From: Octopus sinensis
Taxonomy: Eukaryota
Length of the DNA stretch: 64,000 nucleotides
Assembly: GCF_006345805.1 (NCBI RefSeq)
Contig: NC_043014.1
Location: 20,398,001-20,462,000 of the forward strand
Direction of reading: 5' to 3'
Part shown: positions 13,918 to 27,677 of the stretch, in pieces
Numbering within the stretch: the stretch's first letter is position 1
Layout of the letters: each line of letters begins with the position of its first letter
Notes under the pieces: model-generated
What the model saw: the letters and a program-made list of their open reading frames with translations, nothing else
Databases searched by the model: none
What the model was told of the DNA's origin: nothing
Translations under genes and position numbers: made by a program

Positions 13918-13922
<5 letters not shown>
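10275..13922 (-). mobile_element. Composite, internally deleted Helitron
   Basis: Minus-strand 3' end: GC hairpin (plus 10287-10302), short spacer, CTAG (10275-10278), then T. RepHel fragments inside. The 5' end fades into (AT)n near 13922, with a subterminal AGGCAGA/TCTGCCT hairpin at 13896-13914. Confidence 0.8.
11130..12830 (-). pseudogene. Helitron RepHel fragment (Rep-Hel linker plus PIF1-like helicase), frameshifted
   Basis: LYPQVPSYYVW, LGRIYTV..ECFHLRLL, LLEDD..W, FLDAPGGTGKTF (Walker A), SSGIAATLLPGGRTAHSTFKLP, LSGNFRQTLPV, ILAPRN, GLPPH.LKLKVGAPIMLIRNL. Three frames; HUH Rep motifs and helicase C-terminus absent. Confidence 0.92.
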
Positions 13923-13953
<31 letters not shown>

Positions 13954-14196
13954 TCAATCATAATATAGGGTGAAATTAATTAATTTGGAATAATCATTAA
14001 TTTCACCAAGTAGGTGACTTAATATAGAATGATTGTCGTCATTTCTTTCTCTTTTGCCTGCGTTGTTTGCCTTTTAAGTGCTGTGGTTTTACTGGGATCT
14101 CCCTTTTAAGTAGAAAGAATAGCCATAACTCTTTGACTGCTATTTCTAATTCGGTGTGTGGTGAGGCAAATCGTTGCTAACCCTTAATTACTTAGT

Positions 14197-14275
<79 letters not shown>

Positions 14276-15198
14276 GGCAACCACGTGCAACAACAACAAA
14301 AAATTAGACGGCAATAGAGTATTGTATTAAATGAAGGACACAGGTACGGAACACTGAACTCACTTGCATTCAGAGTACTGAATATAATTGTTCCATTCCT
14401 GAGTCATTTTATATATTTATATATACACATACATAAACATTTGTGCGTGTGTGTGTGCGTGTGTGTGTGTATGTGTGTGTGTGCATGTGTGTGTGTGTGT
14501 GTGTGTAAGTGTATGTATGCGTGTTTGTGCGTGTGTATAATGTTCAAATATACTGTAAACATATTCAATATAGCTTTTGCGTAGTAAGTGCATAGGTACA
14601 TTTTTCATACGAAACGTTGACAGTCTACACAGTTTACCTGAGCTAAACTTTACTCGACTACGAAGTAAGAAAATCTGTTTGTTTGAAGTGTTTTAGCGTT
14701 TAGAAGATTTAGAACTTGCATTAAGAAACTAATTCAGAGTTTCGATTCGAAATATGGTTCTTGAATGTAAAAAAGTGATAGGGGTCATTGGTACAAATTT
14801 GGCAGGGTTTGTTGTTACTTTCGAAAGGTTGTGCGAGCGGCGATATTTTCCAATTAATGGGAAATGGAGTAATCCTTTGTTATAATCTCACTATATGTTT
14901 GGATAGTGAGGTATCATTTTACTCTTTGGGTAGCCAAAAGTATCGAAATAATAAAACATTTTAAACCAATAGTCTTCTATAACGGCTAAACATGAAAATA
15001 CCAAAACCTTTTTCTCCATCCTCCATCCTCGCCATACATGCTGCAAGTAGAACATTTTGTTCATTGTTACATATGCTGTAGAAGACTTTTTAATAAAAAA
15101 GTTTTGGGTGTGAATAAATCTACACTCTCTCTTTCAATTCTTTCTCTCTCTCTCTCGCTCCAACGCTCTCCTCTCTCTCTCTCTCTTCTCTCTATATA

Positions 15199-15248
<50 letters not shown>

Positions 15249-15916
15249 ATATGTATACATATGTTATGGCTTCACAGCCCTTACCGTTTGTTTTCACTGT
15301 CCTCTTTTCGTTACCAACTTTGACCCTCCGCAAATCCCAAATTATACTTACTTTGCTTTACGGGAGCAACTGTTTTGATGAAGACGTATGCTGTCCTAAC
15401 GCTCGAAATGCGGAGTAGATAAAACAGTGGACAATTGATGAATTGATTGTTCTGTATGTTGCCTGTCTTTATGTTGCCTATTCATTATGTTGTTCGCAAA
15501 AAATTTTGTTTCCTGTGTTTTTGTATTTCGTGTTCTCGTTTCTCATGTTGTTTACGTTTTTTGACGTCATGTACCCATGTATGCATGTGTATATACATAT
15601 ATATGTATGTACATGTATGTATGTGTATACACATATATATGTATGTACATGTATGCATGTATATATGCATATACTTATATGATTTATATATATATATACA
15701 TATATATACATATATATATACCTATTATATACATTATATCATTCTTGTAATTTACTTAATCTTTACTTTTTAATTGTTATTTTGATTTTAACTTTTCTAT
15801 TATATGTAATTTTCTAGATGGTGTAATTTAATTTTCATTTTAATTATTTAATTATTCATTTCCGCTCGAAACGTTAAACCCTCCTTCTTCCCTTCTTCCT
15901 GAGCGTTTGGATTAAC

Positions 15917-15971
<55 letters not shown>

Positions 15972-15973
15972 TA

Positions 15974-16382
15974 TACTCTTTACTCTTTTACTTGTTTCAG
16001 TCATTTGACTGCGGCCATGCTGGAGCACCGCCTTTAGTCGAGTAAATCGACCCCGGGACTTATTCTTTGTAAGCCCAGTACTTATTCTATCGGTCTCTTT
16101 TACCGAAGCGCTAAGTGACGGGGACGTAAATACACCAGCATCGGTTGTCAAGCAATGCTAGGGGGACAAACACAGACACACAAACATACACGCACAGATA
16201 TACATACATATATATACATATATACGACGGGCTTCTTTCAGTTTCCGTCTACCAAATCCACTCACAAGGCATTGGTCGGCCCGGAGCTATAGCAGAGGAC
16301 ACCTGCCCATGATGCCACGCAGTGGGACTGAACCTGGAACCATGTGGTTGGTTAGCAAGCTACTTATCACACAGCCACTCCT
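15974..16382 (-). mobile_element. SINE family A, full length
   Basis: Head gtggctgtgtgataagtagcttgc...ccaggttcagtccc, body with internal CA/TA microsatellite, (TAAAAGAG)-type tail on the minus strand. Confidence 0.9.
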
Positions 16383-16384
16383 AC

Positions 16385-16421
<37 letters not shown>

Positions 16422-16550
16422 GTGTGTGTGTGTGTGTGTGTGTGTATGTATACGTATATATATATATATATATATACATATATAATATATATATATATAG
16501 ATATATATATATATATATGTGTGTGTGTGTTGTGTGTGTGTATGTATACG

Positions 16551-16646
<96 letters not shown>

Positions 16647-16702
16647 ACGTATATATATATATATATACATATATATATTATATATATATATAAACATATA
16701 TC

Positions 16703-16734
<32 letters not shown>

Positions 16735-16765
16735 TATATATATATTATATATATATATATATATA
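16383..16765. repeat. Higher-order microsatellite: three imperfect copies of (TG)n-TATGTATACG-(TA)n
   Basis: TATGTATACG anchor recurs near 16445, 16541 and 16641. Confidence 0.8.
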
Positions 16766-18003
16766 GAAGGTATAGTTCTGTCAAACTCACTTTGTTTCTA
16801 ACCTAATATGATATTTAACAGGACTCATATATTTTATTGCAACATGTTAAAGTACCAAGTAAACCAAATTATAAATGATATGAAACGTATATTTCTCTAA
16901 CCACCCTATTACATTACTGCAAACGCAATATGACAAGCTTGGTCGTCGGCATTCGTTGAAAAACTTAATATCATAAAAGAACTATACAGCGAAGTTCCCG
17001 ATATTGCATGATGTGTGGATTGGCCCATCATTTGAAAGAACAAGCAGACATTTCCGTGACACCAGCTTTTTCTATTTCGCTGCGGTATACAACGGATTTA
17101 CCCAAACTATACTAAATTTTGTAAAAAAGACAAAAATCAATAAATCCATGCGCCCGAAACTTGGTCGTTGTTAATGTTGTAACTGTGATTGTGTAATCTA
17201 GATTGGCAACTGGCGTACAAACAATGGCCATCTGTTTTGTTTTCAGAAAATCTCGCTAGTGTATCTTTAAATTATATAATATAATGTGGTCTGATCTAGT
17301 CAAGAAATATTAAGATGGTATCTCAGAGAAATTTCTCGTGCCAAACCCAATGAGTTTTCAAGCAGAGGATCCTAAGTTGGGTCTTACAGCAGCTGTTCTT
17401 GATGTTACAGTTGTTGTTGTTCTGGTCAGTTTTTGTTTAGTCACTCGAAAATTTTCTGAGACTAGATTACATTAAAACATGTGATTTTAAAGAAACTTGT
17501 CTATTATTTCCAGCAACTTGACAGACCGTGTAGAGGCTGTCTGGTAGCTGATGAGATGCCAAAAGATGAAAGCAACGTGTGCTGCGATTTTAAAATTAAA
17601 GCCACCTCAAAAAAACAAAAAAAAAAAGAAGAAAATATCAGCGTGGTAAAATTTCAAAGAGTAAATCACCATCAATTAGAGACAGGCTACATAAAACTGG
17701 AGCAAAGAAATATGCTTTTTATTTCCGAAGAACACAAATATTATAAAGCCTAATGTTATATTTCTGAGAACGATGATGTTGATGATTATGATGATGATGA
17801 TGACGACAACGACGACGACACAGATATTATTGAGAAAGGTAAGAATAATAATATCCGAAAGAGAAGTAAATTTAAAGCAACGCGCCAACAAAAGCATATT
17901 TAATGAGCATGTGTTTATGCGTGTTTTATGTATGCGTGCTTTGAAATACATACAGAGACACATATATATGGATGCATGCTTGCACATACATTCACACATG
18001 TAA

Positions 18004-18063
<60 letters not shown>

Positions 18064-19065
18064 ATGATAAATTCTTTGTGAGTGCAATAGTTGGTAAGCA
18101 GTGTTTCATAACAGAATTTTGCAGGGCATAGCTACAGCGTTGTAAGGCACAATGGTTTAATATTTATATCAATAATTTCTTGCACACAGATTCAGAGAAT
18201 ATTTCACAGACACACACACACATATTGATATATATATATATGCACACACACACACACAATATTCTATACAAATCCTCATACATAAACATAAACGTACATT
18301 TGCATATATGTGTCAGCGGATGTATGCTTGTGGGTATGTTTGCACATGTGCATATGCTTATGAACATATTTAGGTGGTATTTGTGTGAAAGTATGCATGT
18401 GCGTAAACAAGTGTATATGCGTATAAATATGAAGAAATAATTTATAATAAACTACACGTTGTTCCTTTATACATATACGCAAATCTCATAATGACGCCAT
18501 TTTAATTCTGTTCCCAACAGAGCACGGGAAAGTGGTAGCTGGAACGTGGGCGTGGTTTTTTAGGCCACCGTTGAGAGGCAGAAGTGTTGATGGGGCATGT
18601 TGTAATTTCAGTGGTGTTGGTGGTGGTGGTGAGGGTTCTGATGGTGGTTGTGCTGCAGGCGGTGGTATTTGTGGTGGTGTTATTGCTTACACTGGTTTAT
18701 GTCAAACTGCGGCTGGAAGTGAGGAGATGTTGGAATGTGTTAATGAATGAGGCAGACCAGATGCAACAAAGCAGGTGTAGGGAAACAACGACCTTGTTGC
18801 GTGGGTTGTTGATGATTTAGCCCCAGGTCGGCTTTGAATGAGCGTAACTTCAATCGAGGATATTCTGTCTGCACCATTTCGTCTATATTTCAGACAATGT
18901 ACAGGGTCCACAAAAAGCCAAGCACCATAACATTCGACATTTTATTTTGATCATGCTGTTAACCTTTAGGGGGTCGATGAAATAAGGACCAGTTGAGCAC
19001 TAGAGGGTCACTAGAATCGACTTAGCATCTCCCTCGAAACAGCTGGCCATGTGCCAAATTGAATC

Positions 19066-19123
<58 letters not shown>

Positions 19124-19129
19124 TGATAC

Positions 19130-19275
19130 GTTCTGAGTTCAAATTCCGCCGAAGACGACTTTGCCTTTCATCCTTTCGGGGTCAATAAAATAAGTACCAA
19201 TGAAACACTGGGGTCGATGAAATCGACTAATCACATCTTAGCAAAATTTCAGGCCTTGAGCCTTAAGTAGAAAGG
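19130..19275 (+). mobile_element. SINE family C, 5'-truncated
   Basis: ttctgagttcaaattccgccga...gactttgcctttcatcctttcggggtc...aagtacc motif shared with other family C copies. Confidence 0.8.
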
Positions 19276-22200
19276 ATTATAACTATTATTGTTATTATCA
19301 TCATCATCATCATCATCATCTATACTTTTTATGTCAGGTTTTGTTGTAACCTCTGGAGTCTTGCATGCGTAGCGAGCTTGCTACATGCAGCCTACTGTGC
19401 CACGCTATCTATTCTTTTCAATTATCTAATACTTTCTTGGCTATTCTAGCGATGCCATTATAATTTTACTTATTTATTTATTTGTTTATTTGTTTATTTA
19501 TTTTGTTCGTAATATACAATGTACATATGAAATCATCATTATTTTATTTATTTTATTCAATTTTAGAAAAAGTGATGCATGTATTTGACAATTCCGGAGC
19601 ATATTGAACTTAATCTGACCGTGGCTTTTGGCCCACCCTCTGCTTAAAATTAGTTTATCTAAAATTGCTTTCATATTCAGGAAAATTTGGTTCCTGCACT
19701 TGATCGAATACATATACATCTGTCTCTTGAGGGATGAGGGAAAACCTTGAGATGAGGTGTTACTGTAATTCAATTCGGAATTTTTTTGTGAAGGCATATA
19801 ACCATGACGTTCCACTTCAACAGATTATCATAAACAAAGGGCTGGGAAATCTACATCTCGCATTCTGTGTCGACACGAATTTGTAAGAGAATAAGTAAAG
19901 AAACAGGAAAATAATATTTTATCGGTGACGTGGCATCCAGAAAAAAGATTTCTATAGGAGCATACACACGCGCACGCATACACACACGCACACACATACA
20001 CAAACACACACATGCACATATACACACAAATACAAACATACGCGCGCACGCACAGACACACACATATATATACAATTGTACACGTGCATCCTTTTGTGTA
20101 TATATAAAAATATATATGTATATAAACAGACATAGGTAAGTATATACATACATTTAATGTAAACACACACACTCACACATATATATGCATTTAAATATGT
20201 ATATAATGTGTGTGTGTATGTGTGTGTGTGTGTGCGTGTGTGTGTGTGTGTGTGTGTAAAAGTGAGTTTGGTGGGGATATATTATCCGGGCGGATACCGT
20301 AATAACTTTCAGTTGAATAATATAAGTGTGTCCCTCAGTAGAAAAGAGTTGGCAGAAAAACTGAAGAGAGGCTGCAGAGTTGTATATCCTATAATTTAAA
20401 TAATTAAAAAAAACTAAAACTTTTTAAAAACTGGCTGCAACTGATATGGAACACAAGACCACAGGAGCATCTTAAGTGAATATGAAGTAGTAAGAGAGAA
20501 AAACTGGGAGAGAGAAGTAGAAGGGGAGAAGTATGGAATGAGAATCTGGTGAAGGTGAGAGTCAGGTGAAAGGAAAAGAAGAGGTGAGAGGGGAGTTAAT
20601 GCATAGGAAAGGGATTAATGAACTGAGAGAAGATGGAGTAAATGAAGGGAAAACTTACATTTAAAGCAGTTGGTGACATGGTTCCTGTTTAAATACGAAA
20701 CATCGTTCACTCGGCTGCTTCAAATATGTGGATCCATGTGTGGAAATGCAGCAGACTAATAGATGAATGATAAGATTACCTGTTGTGCAAAAATGGATGG
20801 AGACACGTTGGCCTAGCATAAATTGTCGGGCGGTTTTCTTCTTCTTCTTGTGTCTTGAGACAGCATTCACCCAGGGTGGGTTGAGCTAGCTTCATTCATC
20901 CTCAATGCTGCATCTCTCACAAACGCCGACCAGGCCTGGTGATTTGAGGCTAACGACCCCCTAAAGTCCAGCCCCTCCTCATCGTGGTAAGGGGGTGAAA
21001 CGGGAGTGTCAGAGCTATGCCGTCGGATTGTTCTGACACCCAGCGGTATCAGGGCCGCACCCCGCTAACGGGGCTCTGGGGAACAGAAGCATCTGATCTG
21101 GCAACCGGCGGCTTCAACCCGTCCTGTCCCTGCGTCTGTGGAAAATCTACGGCAAACAAGACGTTCTCCCAACAGGGATATACTTGCGGCTGAGGACCGC
21201 GAGCGAACTTCCTATTCCCAAGATCCTTCAAGCATTCCTCGGCTGGTTTTCCCCAAGTAAAGAACGCCAACAAATAAATATGCATATCACACAAAATAAA
21301 AGACAGGCGATATGCAGCAGATGTTCTGGAGAGTATGATATTGTTACTAAAGCCTAGTGGTGGTTGAAGTGAAGTTAATGTAGAAAGTAGAGCGCTGTTG
21401 CATCGTCGAGGAATGCATTTAGAAGTGTCAGCTTGTGTTGGACGCTGTGGAGATGCTTACTAGATTACCGGGCTTTCTATCTTTTTTGAAGGTGGGAAAA
21501 CGGGGAGCAAGAAAATTGGAACAGCTGTAAGGTTAGGGGGCAGACTTCAGAAGCCGCGAATGACGTTATCGTTCACGCAAAGGATGGATGGGAAAAAGGT
21601 GAGAGAGAAAGAGGTGGAGGTAGGGACGGAGGGAGAGAGGGAGAATGGGAGACACGGAGAGAGAGGGGGGAATACTCTGTCCGAAATGTTGAATTTTCCT
21701 CTCCTCACAGCTATATCACAACACACTTCGTTGATTTTTGTACAAATACACACACACATATGTAAATATTAAAATATATTTCTTAAAGTATTACCTATTT
21801 GAAACTTATTTAGAGAACAGAACGGCACAAACATTTGAAGAAGATGTTATCGTATAATGTGTAGCTTCTGTGTAGGTGCTTTTGTTGTTCAGATTTTCAA
21901 TCGCGCGTGTTCTGGATTAATGCGTAGACAGAAAGTTGTTTTGTCGTCTTTTTCGAGTGATGCTAAATGTTTTACTTTTTCATTTTTTAATCTCGCTCTC
22001 TCTATATATACATACAGATACACACACAAAAACACACGCGCGCACGCACACACACACATACACACAAGATTACAGAAATAAGTCAGTGGCTAGCGGGATG
22101 TATTGGAGCAACAGAAACGAATAAAGCTATGTTAAAACAAAGCAAAACACAAATATTTATATCTGCGTGTGTGTGTGTATGAGAGTGTTTGTGTGTATGT

Positions 22201-22689
22201 GTGTGCGCGCGCACGATGTGTGTGTGATTGACTGTGTTGTCGATATTTGATAAATGAGTGTTCCAATTATTCGATCAGCTTTTCCTCTAAGTATTTCGAC
22301 GATGATTTGACGAAGGAATCAATAATTGCTGTGGTATTCATAATGAAGCTAAGTTATTACGTTAAGCCATTAAGTTAATGGATTAAAGACGTTGTTATTC
22401 GTTTGTCGTCTGCCGTGTTCAAATGTCATAAGAGTTCGTATGCATAAACTACCAAGCTTATAAAGAAACATGTATATCGAAACAGGTGTATGCATGTGTA
22501 CATGCATTCATATATATCTGTGTGTGGGCGTATGTGTGATGTGTGTGTGTGTTCTATATGTATGTATGCATGCATGTGTAAATGCTCTTGCATGTTTAGA
22601 CAAAATCGATATGTATACATATTCATATCCAATTATTTAATGTTCCTTGATAGTCAAAAGTAATAGCTCATGTAGCAATAATAAATGGG

Positions 22690-22734
<45 letters not shown>

Positions 22735-22913
22735 AGCACACACATACACACACCCACACACATATCCATATGTTTATTAAATATATATTTTGGCTAACTA
22801 GTAGGCCCTCGTAGCACTTTCGAAGACATTTAAAGATAGGTATATACATGCACACACACACACACATACAAAGGTATACATGTGTGTGTACGTGTGTGTT
22901 TGTATGGGAATTG

Positions 22914-22965
<52 letters not shown>

Positions 22966-23106
22966 TATGGTAATACGAACTGTACTTCGTATAAAGCCAG
23001 TCATATTTGCACTTCACTTAACTTTATAAAATGTATACTCTGTATGTAGGTACATATGTATGAATGTATCTACGTGAATACACACACACACATATATATA
23101 TATATA

Positions 23107-23945
23107 TTGGATCATCCCATAAATAATGCAGTTTTTTATACTTCTTTGACTTTCCAGAATTAAGATAAACAAAGTTCTTCTTTTAATCTAAAATATACTC
23201 TCCTTCGTTTTCTACAATGCTCTTCCGTCTATCTGGCAAACTTGAAAGGTTCCTCTTCCAAAATTCACTTGTCTGTGACGAAAAATTCTCCTCCATTACT
23301 GTTCTGATACCGTCTACCGAATTCATATTTTTTCCGTCTAAATGATTTTGAAGACTGCGGAATAAACCAAAATCGGAAGGGGCAATGTCCGGCGAATATG
23401 GTGGGTTGAGCATCGTTTTCCATTCAAATTGCTCCAGCATTTGGAATGTCATGTTCGCTATATGTGACCCACCATTATCCTGATGGAAGAACGCCTTTCG
23501 TATTGAAACCGAAGATGGTTGTTTTCTTCTAGCGCTGACTTAAGCCGCTCAAGCTGCTCGCAGTAGATTTCCTTTATCATCGTTTGGTTTGGGTTTAAAA
23601 GTGCAAAGTAGACTAAACCTTCCGCATCCTACCAAAACGGAAAACAACACCTTATGTGAGTGAAGACCTTCTTTAGCCTGGGGTGCCGGTCTTTCTCCTT
23701 TCCCAACCCACTGCCTTCCGCGCTTCGCATTTTTATAGAGAACCCATTTCTTGTCACCATTCACTATTCGGTTCAAAAAAGGTTCATTCGTGAGACTTAA
23801 CTGCAAAGAAGAGAACGCATTCACTCTCTACGCGCGATTAGACTCAGATTCTTTATGAGGAGCACATTAGCCCAGTTTGCTGACATTTCCGATGGCACGC
23901 AGGTATCGGTGAATGGTTGAATGACCAAATCTAAGCTTCCCTGCT
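23107..23945 (-). mobile_element. Mariner (DD34D) transposon relic, 3' part with one TIR
   Basis: FLNRIVNGDKKW, HQDN..SH, PPYSPDIAPSDF motifs in broken frames; TA plus TTGGATCATCCCATAAATAATGC terminal sequence at 23105; 5' part lost next to a SINE. Confidence 0.9.
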
Positions 23946-23984
23946 AGTTCCTCAACAGTTACGATGGTATTTTGTTCCACCAGA

Positions 23985-24122
23985 GTTTGCGGGATGTCCT
24001 CGACTTATTTTACCGACTCTGGAGGGATGAAAGACAAAGTCGACCTCGGTGGAGTTTGAACTCGGAACGAAATACAGACGAAATGTCGCTAAACATTTTA
24101 TCGATTCTACCACCTCGCCGCT
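23985..24122 (-). mobile_element. SINE family C fragment
   Basis: gatgaaagacaaagtcgacctcggtggagtttgaactc motif. Confidence 0.75.
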
Positions 24123-25328
24123 TTATAACATAACAAAATAAAATAATATTATACATATACTGTAACATAACATGATATTATGTAATATATCTATTCAACA
24201 GAACGAAAGTATTTATTTCACTGGTGAAAAATTAACCAGCAAGACACCATAATGTGGAATTCAATGAAAGAAAAGCTAAAGCCTTCAAGCTGCACCGATT
24301 ACAAGCACAAAAATAAATACTAGGATGCTAATTACGTTAATTAATTCACTTAACTAATTCTCTATTCATTCTACACAGATGCTTTATAATTGTACTTTAT
24401 TATGTATTTTGAGGAGGATGTCGTCTTATTTTTTATCTTCTATTTAGTTTCTGCTTTTGACCATTTTTGGCTCTTCTTTTCTATACATTCGACAGCTTGC
24501 TTGTGGATTTGATTTCTGTTTATGTGGATATCGCTTTAGTTTGCTGTATTTCTAAACTTTAATTTTGTTGTGATTATTTTTATGTGTTCTTTTTCTTGTT
24601 TTACTTTTTATATATTTCCTTAAATTTGCTTTTATTATGTAATTTCATTTCATTAGAGATTAACAAGAAGTTTTCTGTAAGGCAGCGAGATTTTCTTGCT
24701 TCTCAACCAGCTAAAAATTATAACACTTATATGGTTTAGAGTTAAGAATATCACATTACCAATATCATCACTAACGTTGTCGCCGTCGTTGTCAATGCCC
24801 TCTTCATCATCATAATATTGCTCTAGAAGCACTATGAATATATATATTATATATATATATATAGAAGCGTTCTGTGTCCTTAAGTTTTCAAACAGGGGAG
24901 ATAAGCACTTCCACCCAACAAAGCCACTATGCAGAGACTAGTTTCAGGGTAATTGTCTAGAGTAGCTTGGCCTTGCTCGTTGTCAATGCTAAATCGCTGT
25001 TGAAAACTTGTAAAATGTCAAGTGAAATAAATTCACTGATCAGCAGAATTAGAAATATTGCATTTCTAAATCTTTCAGAAGAGTTATGCAGTAGCAGCAA
25101 GATAAAGTGATGCCTTGTCGCATAGCCAACAAGAAACGGTGTTTCCTGGGGCTAAATAACAGTAGCATTCTTCACTTTCCGGGGAGTGCCACAATAAATT
25201 GGCAACAAGCCATCACTTTATCGTGCTGGTACTGCATAACTCTCTCTGAGAAATTTAGAAAAACAATATTTCTAACTATATATATGTGTGTGTGTGTGTA
25301 CATATATATATATTCTTTTATTCTGTTA

Positions 25329-25633
25329 TTCTTTTACTTGTTTTGGTCGTTTGACTGCGGCCATGATGGAGCACCGCCTTTTGTCAAACAAATCGACGAC
25401 AGGACTTATTCGTTGTTAGTCTAATATTTATTCTATCGGTCTCTTTTGCCGAAATGCTAATTTGCGAGGACGTAAGCACACCAACATCGGTTATCAAGCG
25501 ATGGGAGACAAACACACACACACACATATATATACGAGGGGCTTCTTTTAGTTTCTGTCTACCAAACCCACTCACAAATCTTTGGTCGGCTTGAGGCTAT
25601 AGTAGAAAGCACCTGCCAAATGTGCCACGCAGT
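25329..25633 (-). mobile_element. SINE family A lacking its head
   Basis: Aligns to the 15974 copy from the tail to gtgccacgcagt. Confidence 0.8.
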
Positions 25634-25643
25634 TAGACTATAT

Positions 25644-25680
<37 letters not shown>

Positions 25681-25684
25681 CGTG

Positions 25685-25850
25685 TAGGCGCATGGTTCGG
25701 TGGTTAGAGTGTTGCACTAACGATTGCGAGATCGTAGTTTCGATTCCCAGACCGGGCGTTGCGTTCTGCTCTTGAGCAAAACACTTCATTTCACGTCGTT
25801 CTGTGATCATTTTGTCATCTGGCATGTGACACATGGTGCACCTGTACAGG
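25685..25850 (+). mobile_element. SINE family D-like head
   Basis: ggttcggtggttagagtg A-box, gtttcgattccc B-box, ctcttgagcaaaacactt motif. Confidence 0.65.
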
Positions 25851-26002
25851 TAATGGCGATTTGATGGAGGGAGTGACCTTATGTGAACAAAAACATTTGG
25901 TCACCATAAAAAAACCATTTGTGTGGTTGCTCAGCAAGTAATTGCGGAGTCCTCATATGTCGTCAAACGACGGGAGAGTCCGTGGTGTGTGTGTGTGTGT
26001 GT

Positions 26003-26437
26003 GACCCTACCTCCCAACCCGGCTCGTTCCCCTGCTCCCGCCCACGTTGCCGCACTTGGCCTTACCTCTCCAACACCACCCGCCTCACTAGCACCCACCA
26101 TCGACCCTATCCCATCATCCACTCCTTCACCTGCACCTCCAGCAATATTATCTATTGCATCTCTTGCTCTCTCTGCAATTCCTTGTACATCGGACAAACG
26201 GGACGCCGCTTGGCTGACCGGTTCGCGGAACACCTTCGTGACATCCACCTTGCGAACGACACACCGGTTTCACGCCATTTCCGCTCCACCGGTCACTCCT
26301 TGCAACACCTATCTGTGTTCGGTTTGTCCTTACACAGAGGCCATCCGGATTCCCGTTTGCGCCGTGAACAGGAATTAATCTTCTCTCTTCGCTCTTATAC
26401 GCCATTTGGTCTCAACTCTCACCCCCTCCGCATCTAA
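26003..26437 (+). pseudogene. PLE linker plus GIY-YIG endonuclease (C-terminal fragment)
   Basis: GSFPCSRPRCRTW, FTCTSSNIIYCISCSLCNSLYIGQTGRRLADRFAEH...VSRHF..GH...REQELIF.L...PFGLN: canonical PLE GIY-YIG with CCHH residues. Confidence 0.92.
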
Positions 26438-27282
26438 CCCCCCTCTCCCCCTCCTCACCTATCCTTTCCCCCGACCCCTACTTCTTCAGTCCTTCATCCT
26501 TTCACCCCTACTCCCCTTCCTTCTTCCCTCTTTCTCCCCTCCTCTTCCCCTTCCCTCTGCTCCCTCACTCCCTCTCTCCCTCTCCTCCCTCCCCTCTTTC
26601 CTCCTCATCCCCCTCATCCCCTTCCTTCTCCCCCCCATCCTCTCCTCTTCCCCCCTCTCCTCCACATCTCTTCCCCCCTTCTCCCCCTACCCTCTTCTCC
26701 TCACTTACACCACATGACTTTACACATCACATCACAATGATGGCCATACTAATACATACACCAACTAATACATACTAATACGTATAATACATACTAGTAC
26801 ATACTAATACAACACCAACCCTATACATACACACGTCCAGACCCCGCATACGCACTTATACTCTCTCATACACACACACACACACTTATACATACTAATA
26901 CGTACTAATACATACTAATACATACTAATACATACACCAACCCCATACATACGCACGTCCAGACCAATCCTACGCACGTCCAGACCAATCCTACGCACTA
27001 ATACTCTCTCATACACACACACACACACACACGCACACACACACCCTTATACATACTAATACATACACCAACCCTATACATACACACATCCAGACCCCTC
27101 CTACGCACTATTAGCTGGTCCCTCAACCCTATTATCAACCCTATTATCTCCCCTTATTTCGCTCTCGCGTCTCATGTTTGATCTTTGACCTCTGGCCGAA
27201 ATCAGATCGCCATGTTGATTCGTTAGCTACTGCACGCATTTTTTTTCTCTCCTTCTTTCTGTGTTTTTTTTCTCTCTGTGTA

Positions 27283-27320
27283 TCTTTCTGTTGAAGAGCG
27301 TAGGCTCGAAACGTTAAAGA
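27283..27320 (+). ncRNA. Minimal type I hammerhead-like motif (variant core)
   Basis: Stem I TCTTT/AAAGA, core CTGTTGA (A6 to U), stem II GAGC-GTAG-GCTC, GAAA, palindromic ACGT, in the PLE 3' region. Confidence 0.55.
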
Positions 27321-27436
27321 CTTGTTTTATTTATATTTCCTGAGCGCCATACTAATACAATTGTTCGTTTGTTTTCCACCTGCCTTCGTCTTTTGTTTAT
27401 TTTCATAAAGCTTCCCGTTATATATATATAATATTC

Positions 27437-27618
27437 TACTTGTTTCAGTCATTATACTCGGGTACCACATAGAAGAATTTTAGTCGAATAAATTAACCCT
27501 AGTATTTATTTTACCGCTTCTTTAGTGGAGCCGTTAGGTTACGGGAACATAAACACACCATCATCGGTTGTCAAGCGATGGGTGGGGAGACAAAAACAAG
27601 CACAACTACACACACACT

Positions 27619-27677
<59 letters not shown>

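Larger units (their letters stand above)
26003..27419 (+). mobile_element. 5'-truncated Penelope-like element, Neptune-type
   Basis: Starts inside (GT)n. GIY-YIG coding end, then CT-rich and ATACATACTA-repeat 3' region, hammerhead-like motif, ends at (AT)n. Confidence 0.85.

Noticed and set aside
17547-17590. CTGATGA...GAAA hammerhead-like spacing
   Set aside because: Stems I and II do not pair and the cleavage position would be G.
16950-17760. Non-repetitive region with several 30-90 aa open frames on both strands
   Set aside because: No frame is clearly preferred and no motif was recognised; could be UTR or intron.
26745-27110. CRISPR-like repeat/spacer pattern (ATACATACTA and CGTCCAGACC units)
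   Set aside because: Eukaryotic context, irregular periodicity, no unique spacers; it is the tandem-repeat 3' region of the PLE.
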